Source of the DNA: Diplonema japonicum
Lineage: Eukaryota; Protista; Euglenozoa: Diplonemea
NCBI GenBank assembly: GCA_964019335.1
Contig: OZ025705.1
Coordinates: 186,001 to 250,000 of the forward strand
DNA length: 64,000 nucleotides
Direction: 5' to 3'
Part shown: positions 1 through 10,864 of the stretch, piece after piece
Layout of the letters: each line of letters starts with the position of its first letter
Position numbering within the stretch: position 1 is the first letter of the stretch
Notes under the pieces: generated by a model
The model's database searches: none
What the model was told of the DNA's origin: nothing
The model's input: the letters and a program-made list of their open reading frames with translations, nothing else
Position numbers and translations under genes: made by a program

Positions 1-1186
1 GTAAGTAAAAAAAATTTAAAAAAATAAAAAATTCGAAGATCTTCAGTTGGCAGGGAGGTGCTCACTGCAAAAAGAAAATAATAACAGAGCGTTACGTTGC
101 CCAAGCATCCCGGGTGCGGGACAGACGAAAGAAAGGGAAACAAAAAGAAAACATAAAAGAGAGAGGGGAAAAAAAAAAAAAAAAACAAGTGCTGAAGTAG
201 AATAAACTTTCTTCTTCTTATTTTTTATTTGAAAAAAGATAGCCCGAGGACTCAGGGTGAAGATCTTTTTCCTTTTTTTTTAAAACGAGAAAGAAAATAT
301 CATTTCTTTTTTTTTTTTTTAAATACTTACTCTATTCTCTTCAGTAGAATAATATAATAGTTAAAAAAATAAAAAAGAAACTAAAAAATAAAAATGAAAT
401 CGGTGTAATCCTTGATATCTCTGATGTTCTTCCCAGAATTTTATCTTGTGCCCAAATCTCGAAAAAGAACAAGCTTCGACTTTAAATTTTAATTCTAGTA
501 AAACCTTTGGGCTCAACTTTCCAGGGAACACCTCCGAGACATGATAAGTACAGCCCATCCCTCAAAAGAGAAAAGAAAGAAAAAACAAAAAAAAAAAAAA
601 CATTTAACAGCAGCCCAATTCCTTTCTAGTAGATTTCAGGCCAGACCATCCAGCATCCGAGAGTAGTAGTAAAGGGTGAAGCTACTGTAGAAAAGAGGAA
701 GAAAAAGTTAAGAAGAAATTCTTTCATTGATCTCATAAGTTGTGTTAAAAAAGCAAAAAAGAAAAAAGAAATAAAAAGGTAAGTAAGTGATTTGTTCAGC
801 ACTCTTGCCCTAACAAAAGAAACCTTTGTAAAGAGACAAAAGAATTTTTGTAGGGCTGTCAATCCATCTTTTTCTAAAGAGAAAGCAAAAACAGAGCACA
901 AGAGGCTGAACAACTTACTGGATTAAACAAAATAAAGGAGGGAAAGGGGAAGAGAAAACACAACCTGGAATGCAATCGATGGGGAAAGGAGAAGTAAGTA
1001 TTATAGGAGTATTTCTTCTTTTTTTTTAAAATAAAAAGCTTGTTGCATAAAATATTATCTTTTGAGTGGCTAAACCCCATAAAAGACCGTTCTTCATGGG
1101 TCCTACAACTTCCTAGAGAGAGAGAGAGGAAGAAAAACCAAAAATAAACCAGATTTTCAGAAAAGTGATGTCGGTTATCTTCAGCA

Positions 1187-3466
1187 TCAGTGGGTGTCAA
1201 CAGGGCAGGCCTCCACAGGGGTCACACCAGTGCAGGTCCCGTCGTTTCCAATCACACACTTCTGGCAACACCCGTAGCAGCTGCCAGGAGCCTTGGGGCA
1301 GTCCAAGCTGGCACACTTCAGCCACTTGTTGCAACCTGTGCAGGCATCGCCCACGCACGGGTTGAACTCACAGTTGTTCTTCGGATTCCTCGAGACGTAC
1401 TTCCCGTTGGGGCACAGCTTCGCATCCAGAGGGCACACAGGGGAAGAGGGGCACTTCGGGAACTCACAGTTGTTGGCGGGGTCCCTCGAGACGGAGCTGC
1501 CGTCGGGGCAGATGAAGGCATCAGCAGTGCACACCCTCTTCGAGCACCCGCACTTCGTGCAACCACAGCCATCAACCACACATTCCTCGTCAGCGGCACA
1601 CCCGCCGTTGGCCGGTGTGGTGCAGGGGTTCACAAGGCAGTTGATTTGTTCCACACACTTCCCGTCACAGTTCTTGCACTGACCCTTCGAGCAGGTAGGG
1701 CACTCGCGGAATTCACAGTTGTTCTTGGGGTCCCTCGAGACAAACGAACCGTCAGGGCACAGCTTTGCATCCTGGGTGCAGTACACAACAGGGCACTCGG
1801 GGAACTCACAGTTGTTCTTGGGGTCCCTCGAGACGAACGAGCCATCAGCACATTCCCTGACATCCAGAGGGCAAACAGGGGAAGAGGGGCACTTCGGGAA
1901 CTCACAATTGTTCTTGGGATCCCTCGAGACGGACGAACCGTCAGGGCACAGCTTTGCATCCTGGGTGCAGTAGTGGGTGTCAACAGGGCAGGCCTCCACA
2001 GGGGTCACACCAGTGCAGGTCCCGTCGTTTCCAATCACACACTTCTGGCAACACCCGTAGCAGCTGCCAGGAGCCTTGGGGCAGTCCAAGCTGGCACACT
2101 TCAGCCACTTGTTGCAACCTGTGCAGGCATCGCCCACGCACGGGTTGAACTCACAGTTGTTCTTCGGATTCCTCGAGACGTACTTCCCGTTGGGGCACAG
2201 CTTCGCATCCAGAGGGCACACAGGGGAAGAAGAGCACTTCGGGAACTCACAGTTGTTGGCGGGGTCCCTCGAGACGGAGCTGCCGTCGGGGCAGATGAAG
2301 GCATCAGCAGTGCACACCCTCTTCGAGCACCCGCACTTCGTGCAACCACAGCCATCAACCACACATTCCTCGTCAGCGGCACACCCACCGTTGGCCGGTG
2401 TGGTGCAGGGGTTCACAAGGCAGTTGATTTGTTCCACACACCTCCCGTCACAGTTCTTGCATTGACCCTTCGAGCAGGTAGGGCACTCGCGGAATTCACA
2501 GTTGTTCTTGGGGTCCCTCGAGACAAACGAACCGTCAGGGCACAGCTTTGCATCCTGGGTGCAGTACACAACAGGGCACTCGGGGAACTCACAGTTGTTC
2601 TTGGGGTCCCTCGAGACGAACGAGCCATCAGCACATTCCCTGACATCCAGAGGGCAAACAGGGGAAGAAGGGCACTTCGGGAACTCACAGTTGTTGGCGG
2701 GGTCCCTCGAGACGGAGCTGCCGTCGGGACAGATGAAGGCATCAGCAGTGCACACCCTCTTAGAGCACCCGCACTTGAAGCACCCGCACGAACCCACACA
2801 CTCCTCGTCAGCAGCACACCCACCGTTGTCCGTCAAGCAAGGGTTGTGGATGCAATTCACCTGATCAATGCACTTCCCTTCGCAGTCGGGGCACTGGCCT
2901 TTGGGGCAGCCCTCCTTCGGCTTGCAACCACAGCCGCATTTCACGTCGGACCAGTGCTCGAACCCTTCCTTGCAAATAAAGTCGATGCGCGTGCAGGTCT
3001 CGTGGTCCCCCATGAAGGTTGCGCCCTTCGGGACACAGGCGGGGACAGGGCACTCAGGGAAGGCGCAGTTCTTCTTCGGGTCCCTCGACACGGTGGATCC
3101 ATCGGGACAGGTCTTCACTTCCTGGGTGCACACCCTCGTGGGGCACTCGGGAAACCTGCAGTTGTTGAAGGGGTCCCTGTGGATCTCGCTCCCATCTTCG
3201 CACACCTTTGGCTGCTGGTCGCAGTCCTTCGGCTCCAGACAGCAGGCGCTGCACTCCCCACAGTAGTTCGCAACGCACTTCTCCCCATCCCCGCAGGGGT
3301 CCTCCTGACAGGGGTCCTTCGTACACTGCACCATGTCCTCCCTCACACACTTCCCATCGCAGTCCCTGCACTTCTTCTCGTTCCAGCAGGGCTTCTCAAG
3401 CCTCTTCAGAGTCAGGGTGCGTCCCTCCGCAAGGGCGAGGAGCCCCGCAAGGATTAGGAGTTTCAT
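1187..3466 (-). CDS. Secreted cysteine-rich repeat protein (759 aa)
   Basis: Signal peptide MKLLILAGLLALAEG; 12 copies of a ~29-aa C-x6-C-x-DG-x4-R-D/N-P-x2-N-C-x-F-x2-C unit plus other Cys modules; strong GC3 bias; upstream poly-T tract and AG. Confidence 0.9.
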   Translation of the reverse strand: MKLLILAGLLALAEGRTLTLKRLEKPCWNEKKCRDCDGKCVREDMVQCTKDPCQEDPCGDGEKCVANYCGECSACCLEPKDCDQQPKVCEDGSEIHRDPFNNCRFPECPTRVCTQEVKTCPDGSTVSRDPKKNCAFPECPVPACVPKGATFMGDHETCTRIDFICKEGFEHWSDVKCGCGCKPKEGCPKGQCPDCEGKCIDQVNCIHNPCLTDNGGCAADEECVGSCGCFKCGCSKRVCTADAFICPDGSSVSRDPANNCEFPKCPSSPVCPLDVRECADGSFVSRDPKNNCEFPECPVVYCTQDAKLCPDGSFVSRDPKNNCEFRECPTCSKGQCKNCDGRCVEQINCLVNPCTTPANGGCAADEECVVDGCGCTKCGCSKRVCTADAFICPDGSSVSRDPANNCEFPKCSSSPVCPLDAKLCPNGKYVSRNPKNNCEFNPCVGDACTGCNKWLKCASLDCPKAPGSCYGCCQKCVIGNDGTCTGVTPVEACPVDTHYCTQDAKLCPDGSSVSRDPKNNCEFPKCPSSPVCPLDVRECADGSFVSRDPKNNCEFPECPVVYCTQDAKLCPDGSFVSRDPKNNCEFRECPTCSKGQCKNCDGKCVEQINCLVNPCTTPANGGCAADEECVVDGCGCTKCGCSKRVCTADAFICPDGSSVSRDPANNCEFPKCPSSPVCPLDAKLCPNGKYVSRNPKNNCEFNPCVGDACTGCNKWLKCASLDCPKAPGSCYGCCQKCVIGNDGTCTGVTPVEACPVDTH
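1190..2755 (-). repeat. 783-bp near-identical internal tandem duplication in the Cys-rich gene
   Basis: 1190-1972 is repeated at 1973-2755; the shadow ORFs are offset by exactly 783 (1293/2076, 1318/2101). Confidence 0.9.
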
Positions 3467-3547
3467 TGTTAGTTTTTTTTTTTTTTTTAAACCTTTAAAG
3501 AAATTACAACATTTTGCACAGGGTGAGAAGAATATAATATGTAAATG

Positions 3548-3590
<43 letters not shown>

Positions 3591-3829
3591 GGCTCCCTGT
3601 GTTCACGAGGGGTAGCTGAAATGATATTGCAAGTGGGAATAAAAAGCGAAAAAGTAAAAAACAGGTGAACAGGGATAAATACTGCATACGAATAAATAAT
3701 TCTTTATGACTATATGTCTTTGTTGTTCGCACGAGCAAAAAAAAGTTTTTAAAAAGCTGCGAAAATTTTCTGCTCGGCACAAGTTGCATATAGTTATAAA
3801 ATCATTTGTCGTAAAAAAAGTTGTCTCGA

Positions 3830-5800
3830 TTTTAGTGGTGCCATGCAGTATGTGACACAGCGGCCACCCTTGTGAAACTTCGCCCCGAAGCCTCTAATAA
3901 ATACTAAGAATAAAGGTGACTGACATCCTCAAGAGGAGCCTCCAACGTACCAGGAATTAAGCAGAGGTTGCTTCCATGGCCCGTATCAGTCTATCGCCGG
4001 AAAGGTTTTGGCATGTTGAAAATTTTCGATCGCGCGTCAGCTTTTGCCACGAGGTCCTCCAGATGTGGGCTTTGGCCCCATGTCTGGAGTAATCTGCATG
4101 CCACTTTTCGTAATGTTGAACCACTCAAACCAGCTCCCCCATACCTTCCAGCCCATGCTCGTATTTTGGATCCACAGATCCTCGATGTCCTCGATGCCAT
4201 GCTAGCCGAATCTGGCTTTGGATTTTGGCAAATGTTAAAATGCAACACGACTTCAAAACCTTTCCAAAGATGGATTACTGATACGGATGTTCCATCCTCT
4301 GACCAGCAGCCAACCATACTTCGGGTACTCACTGATGTACAACTTGCCTCAAGTTCCCCACCTTTTCTCCTGCAAAGCCGCACACTTCTTGTAACCCATA
4401 TTTACTAATGCCCTTAATTCCGTATGAAGATAGGATCTTTGTATTATTATCGTTTGGTCGATATATCATGAGTTGTAATTGTTAACCTTCTTGGCATGAT
4501 TGCTTCCTTAACACTTAAAGACCAGTTTTCATTTGTGAGCAGTGTAGTGTTCCCTCAATGCTGCTGTTTATTTTTTTGTTTCAAACAATAGATAAAATCA
4601 CAATAACGTCGGATCAACGTCCACATACTTCCGCTATTCTATTCCATTTTAGAGGAGATGCACTCTTCTGGCAAGCTAGTGTAGATCACATTAGTGCTTC
4701 AAGGATTGTCAGACGCCTGCTCAAGTAAGATGTGCATAAAAGGCTCTTCTGTGAGGGCATGTGTCGACTCCACATGTAATTCGTGACATGGATGAAATAG
4801 GTCTAAAATAGGTCCAAAGATGGGCTGACTTCCTCCCTCAGTGTTTTCATGTCTTCACTCCTAACTTCTCTACCATCTCAGACCTCAGAGGCCTTCTCGT
4901 ACTTGGTGCGGCTCTTCACAGGTCCCCACCCACTTCGCTATGGTTTCCTAATCGATTTCTCTTTTTTCTTTTTTTCACTCACTGAGGGCCTCATTATTTC
5001 CTCCGGCGACGACGGACGCAGCGGCAAACCCAGGCAGAGGTGGCAGGCACCTGCAGAACACGAACGACCAATAAAGTACAGAAACTGTTAGCTTTAGAAT
5101 CATTGGTCTTTACTTTTTCTTTTCTTTTTCTTTTTCCTTTAGCCCACCACTCTCGTAACAGTCCGAGAAGGCCTCTCTTCGCGCCTCAGCTATGACTGGG
5201 AACACCTCTTCAGCAACAATCTTTGGCTGGGTTGCAGGTATTTTAAAAGGATTGGTTTTTGTGATATAATGATGGGAAAAAAAGAGCTGTAAGAAATGTG
5301 GGGGTGAGAAAACGTTGTTGCATTTATGAAACTAAGGGGGCCCAAGTTGGGCATTTCCGGGACTAGGCGGATTTGAACACTTTGAAAACCAAGGGGGGTT
5401 TAAAAACTTAGGGATCAAGCATGAGTTTCTTTTTTCGAAGACTTGGGGTACTACGCAGGGATTTAGGAAACCTTGGGGACCGGATCAGAAACTTTTCCCT
5501 CCTCCGTTCTCGAACTGCATGCCGTCGTCGAACCTGTACCACATGCGAGTCTGGGACCACTCTCAACTAGAATACCAGTTGAGCTGCTGTACCGAAGAAC
5601 TGTGTACCCTGTCTGCCTCCCCACCTAGGTCAGCATGTCGAAGTTTGCGCGGCTAAGCGTCTGTTCAAAAAGTCTTGTGTGTACTCTGGCGATCCTATCG
5701 GTTCCCTAAGTGAAATCTGGCTTGAAAAAAAATCTCGGATTTTGACATGTTAAAATGCAACACGGCTTCAAGTCACTCACTGATGTACGACCAGTTGAAA
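3830..5800 (-). mobile_element. Heavily decayed non-LTR retrotransposon relic (possibly CRE-like / restriction-like endonuclease type)
   Basis: Broken minus-strand peptides LHFNMSKSE and PIGSPEYTQDFLNRRL (~5650-5765) resemble the end of an RT domain; AIENFQHAKT..AID and LEASG (~3880-4040) resemble an RLE domain; many stops and frameshifts. Confidence 0.4.
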
Positions 5801-6055
5801 ATCACAAATACGTGGATGACGGTAGGCCCCCATCCCGTTCCTGCGGCCCCAGCCACGACATCTGGTCGTCCTCCCGTCCCAAGGGGGTCGAAGAGAGGGG
5901 AAGCTGGTAGTAGCTCGGTTCTCCATCTTTCTCAGCCCGCCTACCCAGCCTCCTCCATTCCTTCAGGCAATGCGGCTTCGATGGTGTTTTCTGTGCCAGT
6001 GTTGCCCTTCGGGGAGGATTCGGAGGCGCCCGACTGTTGCTTAAAGTTTCCCTTA

Positions 6056-6765
<710 letters not shown>

Positions 6766-7094
6766 TTTATTTCTTTTTCTTTTTTTTTGAAAACGCTGTA
6801 TGTCGATACTAAAAGTGCTGCAGGGGTAGACAACATATAGAAAGATAAAAAAGAGACCTTTAAATAAAAGGGTACCCAAAATGGGTATTGAAAGTAAATT
6901 AAATGAGAGCTAAATCGTGTCAGTTGGCCTCCTAGTGCCCTGCCCTCGTACAGTATACGGAGGCGTTGAAGGGCTCGAGGGGAGGTGCTGAAACTTTCAA
7001 CATATAACTTAATGGGGAACAACGGTCCACCGAAGAGGGAGAAAAAAAAAAGCAGAGAAAAAGGTTTTGTCAACATTCTAGTAGGGCTGCCTTG

Positions 7095-7675
7095 ATCTAG
7101 TAATAGACCCCGTCGGAGGGGGGCGGCCCAAAGTGACAAAAAAAAAAGAGGAAGAAAGAAAAAGGAAAAAAAAAAAAAAAAAAAACTATTTCTTAGCGAT
7201 TGTGGCGCTGTGCATCAGCAATGTATGCAACGAATAGTTCACGGTAACCTACAAGATGTAATATCGTACGAGCAATGAAAAAAGAAAAAGAGGAAAATAA
7301 AAAAAGAGAGGCAGGTTTTTTTCTCTCTTTTTCTTTTTGTTTTAAGTTGGTAAAAATGCGTCACATTTCCATCTAGTAATAGACCCCGTCGGAGGAGGGT
7401 GGCCCAAAGTGACAAAAAAAAAAGGTATCTTTGAAGGGAAGCTGCAGTATGTGACAGGATCGCCTAAAAAGAGGAAGAAATAAAGGGGAAAAAAAACTAT
7501 TTCTTAGCGATTGTGGCGCTGTGCATCAGCAATGTATGCAACGAATAGTTCACGGTAACCTACAAGATATAATATCGTACGAGCAATGAAAAAAAAGGAA
7601 AATAAAAAAGAGAGGCAGGTTTTTTTTCTCTCTTTTTCTTTTTTTTTTTAAGTTGGTAAAAATGCGTCACATTTC
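7095..7675. repeat. Imperfect ~280-300 bp tandem duplication
   Basis: atctagtaatagaccccgtcggagg...aatgcgtcacatttc at 7095-7370 and 7371-7675. Confidence 0.85.
7431..7467 (-). promoter_or_regulatory. Conserved 3'-region hairpin element (also 10405-10440, 12398-12433, 15783-15819, 22015-22050, 23934-23970)
   Basis: ~37-nt motif downstream of four unrelated gene types; stem CUGY/GCAG around a loop containing ACAUA, with compensatory changes. Confidence 0.55.
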
Positions 7676-7873
7676 GATACAGCCACCGCAAGAAGTATTC
7701 CACTGACCGTTACACGTTGCCATGCTAGATAGCAACGAATATCTGTTTCAGCAGGGATTACGGCGAAGAAGTGTGGGAGAGCTCTTTTTCTCGGGAAAGA
7801 AGGAGCTTTTTGTTAAGTTTTAATACTGTTACAAATTCTGGAATGAAGAAAGGGGTGCAACGATCTGGAGTGT

Positions 7874-8584
7874 TTAGTTGCTGATCTTGACGCATTGTGG
7901 GGCGTAGTGGCACCAAGACAAGCACCTCGCCCAGTGCGAGTTCTGCTGGTAGCACGACAGACCAGCCTCGCAGCAGTTGGGGTTCGTGAGGCATCCTTGG
8001 TACGTACCAAGTCTGCGGGCGCAGGTGTCGGGAGAAGGCGGGCTGTTCCCGCTGCTAGAACTGCTGCTGCTAGAGCTGCTTGAACTGCTGCTGCTGCTGC
8101 CGGAGCTAGAACTGCTGCTGCTGCTGCTGCTGCTGCTGCTCGAGCTAGAACTGCTGCTGCTGCTGCCGGAGCTAGAACTGCTGCTGCTGCTGCTGCTGCT
8201 GCTCGAGCTAGAACTACCACCACCGCTGCTGCTGGAGCTGCTTGAACCACTGCTGCTGGAGCTACTGCTGCCTCCACTGCTGGAGCTGCTGCTGCTTGAA
8301 CTGGAGCTAGAACTAGAGCTGCTGCTGCCACTGCCTGGGGTAGGGGGGGTCGGAGGTGTTGGGGTCGGAACAGGAGCCGGCACCGTTCCCGCCATGTCAG
8401 GGCACCACGTCGACCAGTTCCACTCGCAAGTGCTCTTGCTCCCCCCACCTCCCCAGCAGGGGTCAGACCACCCCCCAGTCCTGAAGCATGGCTCCTTCTT
8501 ATCAATGCAAACCTGACACTGCGCCACAGTCTGTCCGGAGACACTAGCCGCGAGCAGCAGCAATGCAACAATCATTTTCATCAT
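7874..8584 (-). CDS. Secreted non-catalytic protein: N-terminal 6-Cys module, Pro/Thr and poly-Ser linker, C-terminal CBM1-like module
   Basis: Signal peptide; both terminal modules align by eye with those of the GH18 chitinase at 44798-46312. Confidence 0.85.
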   Translation of the reverse strand: MMKMIVALLLLAASVSGQTVAQCQVCIDKKEPCFRTGGWSDPCWGGGGSKSTCEWNWSTWCPDMAGTVPAPVPTPTPPTPPTPGSGSSSSSSSSSSSSSSSSSGGSSSSSSSGSSSSSSSGGGSSSSSSSSSSSSSSSSGSSSSSSSSSSSSSSSSSSSSSGSSSSSSSSSSSSSSSSGNSPPSPDTCARRLGTYQGCLTNPNCCEAGLSCYQQNSHWARCLSWCHYAPQCVKISN

Positions 8585-8966
8585 TCTGACCGAACCTAAG
8601 CTACAAGGGTGGGGTTAAAAGGGAATGGCAATTAAAACGAGATAATATAGGTTTCAGCAAGACATCACAAAAGGATGAACGCCTTTCTAAAAGGTGTTCC
8701 AAATAAAAGGAAGGTGGTATAAAAATACTTTTGCATCAAGGGTGGACCAATATCCACCGCTCGACATTCGTACCTTTGCACCCATAATGGACCAGCTAGA
8801 GATGAATAGGGTGGAAGATAGAGAAGGCCGTCTTTGGAGACCACATGAAAGGATGAAACAATCACGATCACGATTTGTGGTGGTGACGACGAACATTCGG
8901 ATATATTATTTATTATTATATTATTATTATCATTATTTTCCCCTTTAAACTTTTCTCTTCACACAT

Positions 8967-9326
8967 TCAGAGCTTTGTCGCGACCACAGCCTTGATCTTC
9001 CCATCCTCTATGGTGAAGGTTTCCTTCGCCTTCAGTGTGAGGAGCAGCATCTTCGCCTTCATCGTGCGGGTGAACTGCTTCCCGTCGGCGGACGCTTCGG
9101 GCTCCGAATGCCCGTAGAAGTCAGGCATGTTACTCAGAAGCTGCTTCCTCAAGGCCCCCTTCCCATTCGCCTCAAACTTCGGGTTCTTGAAATGCACGTC
9201 TTCCGTCATCAAGCTCAGCATCCCGTCAACGTCCTTCGACTTCGTGAACTTCGTGTACTGCGCGATAACCTCCATGTTTGCGATTGGTGTTTGTGGGGCT
9301 GCAGATGGGGGTGGGGGGGTTTGCAT
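8967..9326 (-). CDS. SnoaL/NTF2-like small protein
   Basis: DVDGMLSLMTEDVHFKNP...GKGALR...ETFTIEDGKI pattern; GC3 bias. Confidence 0.7.
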   Translation of the reverse strand: MQTPPPPSAAPQTPIANMEVIAQYTKFTKSKDVDGMLSLMTEDVHFKNPKFEANGKGALRKQLLSNMPDFYGHSEPEASADGKQFTRTMKAKMLLLTLKAKETFTIEDGKIKAVVATKL

Positions 9327-9633
9327 TTAAAGAATGCTTTGTTGCCCAAAAATAAAATAAATGAATAAAAGTAAAACCAGGGGGGGCAAGTACCTCACTC
9401 TTGCTTGTGACGAGGGGGACAGGGTGGGTGGGGGGTAGAAACTATATAAAAAGAGGGCTGCAAAAGCCGTAGCTGTTGCTATCCACTCTTTCTCTTGTTT
9501 CAAAAAAAATCAAAGATAAGTTTAAAGACGGGGAAGAGGAGGGACTCTTTCCTCCTCGAAAAAACAACTTTTTTATCTACAATTGCGGGGGGGGGGGGGG
9601 GGATAAAGAAAAAGAAAAGGGCACAGAGAGGGC

Positions 9634-9912
9634 TTATTTCCCAGGGAACTGAGCGTTCTTCTGCTGCTCAAGGAGTTCCTGGAACTTCTGCTTGAAGTGA
9701 GCGGAGTGGTCCCTCATCTTCTTGTTGAACTTGTCGGTGTGCTCCTTGATCATCTTCTCGAACTTGTCGTAGTGCTCCTTCATCTCAGGCGACAGGGTCG
9801 ACTCGTCGGGCTTGTCCGCGAAGAACTTCTTGTTCTGCTCCTCCATCTTCTTGCTGAACTCGGCATCGAGGCGGTCGAGCTTGTCGCTGAACTCCTGGTA
9901 CGTGGTGCACAT
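9634..9912 (-). CDS. KMP-11: Kinetoplastid membrane protein 11
   Basis: 92 aa MCTTYQEFSDKLDRLDAEF...KPDESTLSPEMKEHY...QQKNAQFPGK, closely matching trypanosomatid KMP-11. Confidence 0.97.
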   Translation of the reverse strand: MCTTYQEFSDKLDRLDAEFSKKMEEQNKKFFADKPDESTLSPEMKEHYDKFEKMIKEHTDKFNKKMRDHSAHFKQKFQELLEQQKNAQFPGK

Positions 9913-10864
9913 CTTTTTTTCTTTTTTTTTTTAAAAGGTTGTTTGTGTTGTGTGGCCCTTTTGTTGTCTTATTTTGGAAAGAAGAACGATTCATAGAAAA
10001 CACAAAATATAAACGGATTCATTTTTCTCTTTTCCTTCCCCCTTCCTGTCCCTGACGGCGCCAAAGGATATTCAACGGCCTGAGAGGTCGTCCGAAGGTT
10101 CAGAAGGGGGAAAGGAGAAAGGGAGAGAGGGAGGAAGGGAGGGAGGGAAAGTATAAAAAAGAAGACTTGAACTGTATATTCTTAAAAGGGTACCTTCGTC
10201 CAGTGCAATGCAGGTCTGCACGCAACCACAAAAGAAGGTCACCCTCTTATTTGTTCTTTTTTTAAAGCCGCCACTTCCACGTAAAGACGATTATCACCTT
10301 TCATAAAAGGAAGCAGGGAAGACAGACAGAGGCAACAACCCGTTGCCGTCTGTTGTCGTGTTAAGGAAGAAGTGAAACTTGAAACAAACAAAAGGGGAAA
10401 ACCATTTAAGGGTATCTGCGGTATGTCGCAGAAGGCTTAAATAATAAAGGTAAAAAAAAAAAAAAAGGGAAACAAACGAGAGAGAAGATATGTCAGAGGA
10501 GGGGGGTTGTGTTTGGTATTAAACAAAGAAAAGAAAAATACGATTGCCACAAAGGGGAAAAGGGAAGGGGGCACATCAAACAAGAATTGTTGTGAAAGAA
10601 GCAGGAAAAAAGAAAAAGAAAAAAGAAGAAAAAAAAGAGGAAAGCATCATATGTGGGTCCACAGGGAAGAGAACACACAGACAGGTAAGCAGAGAGGTGG
10701 CGTGACTCGGAGTCACGAAAGGCCCACGCCTTTGCTTGATTTCTTGTGGTTCTCTTCTTGGTTGTCATCCTTCCTTTTTTCCTTTGACTTCGGTTCATTT
10801 CAATGTTTGTTTTTTTCTTGTTTTTTTTTTTTCTTCTTTTTTTTTTGCCAGCTCCTCAGCACCA

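Noticed and set aside
361-1160. Short ORFs at the window start
   Set aside because: AT-rich, low complexity, no recognisable motifs.
1190-3457. Long plus-strand ORFs (755 aa here; also 12674, 16912, 40609, 45374, 57121, 58719)
   Set aside because: Antisense shadows of GC3-biased minus-strand genes with no recognisable domains.
10070-10105. cctgagagg resembling a TPP riboswitch or rRNA helix, and gtcacgaaagg (~10715) resembling a hammerhead
   Set aside because: The remaining conserved cores (GAACCTGAT...GCG.AGGG; CTGANGA) are absent.
10405-10440. GGTATGT in the shared hairpin as a spliced-leader RNA donor
   Set aside because: No upstream SL exon (…CAGTTTCTGTACT..ATTG) was seen in any copy.
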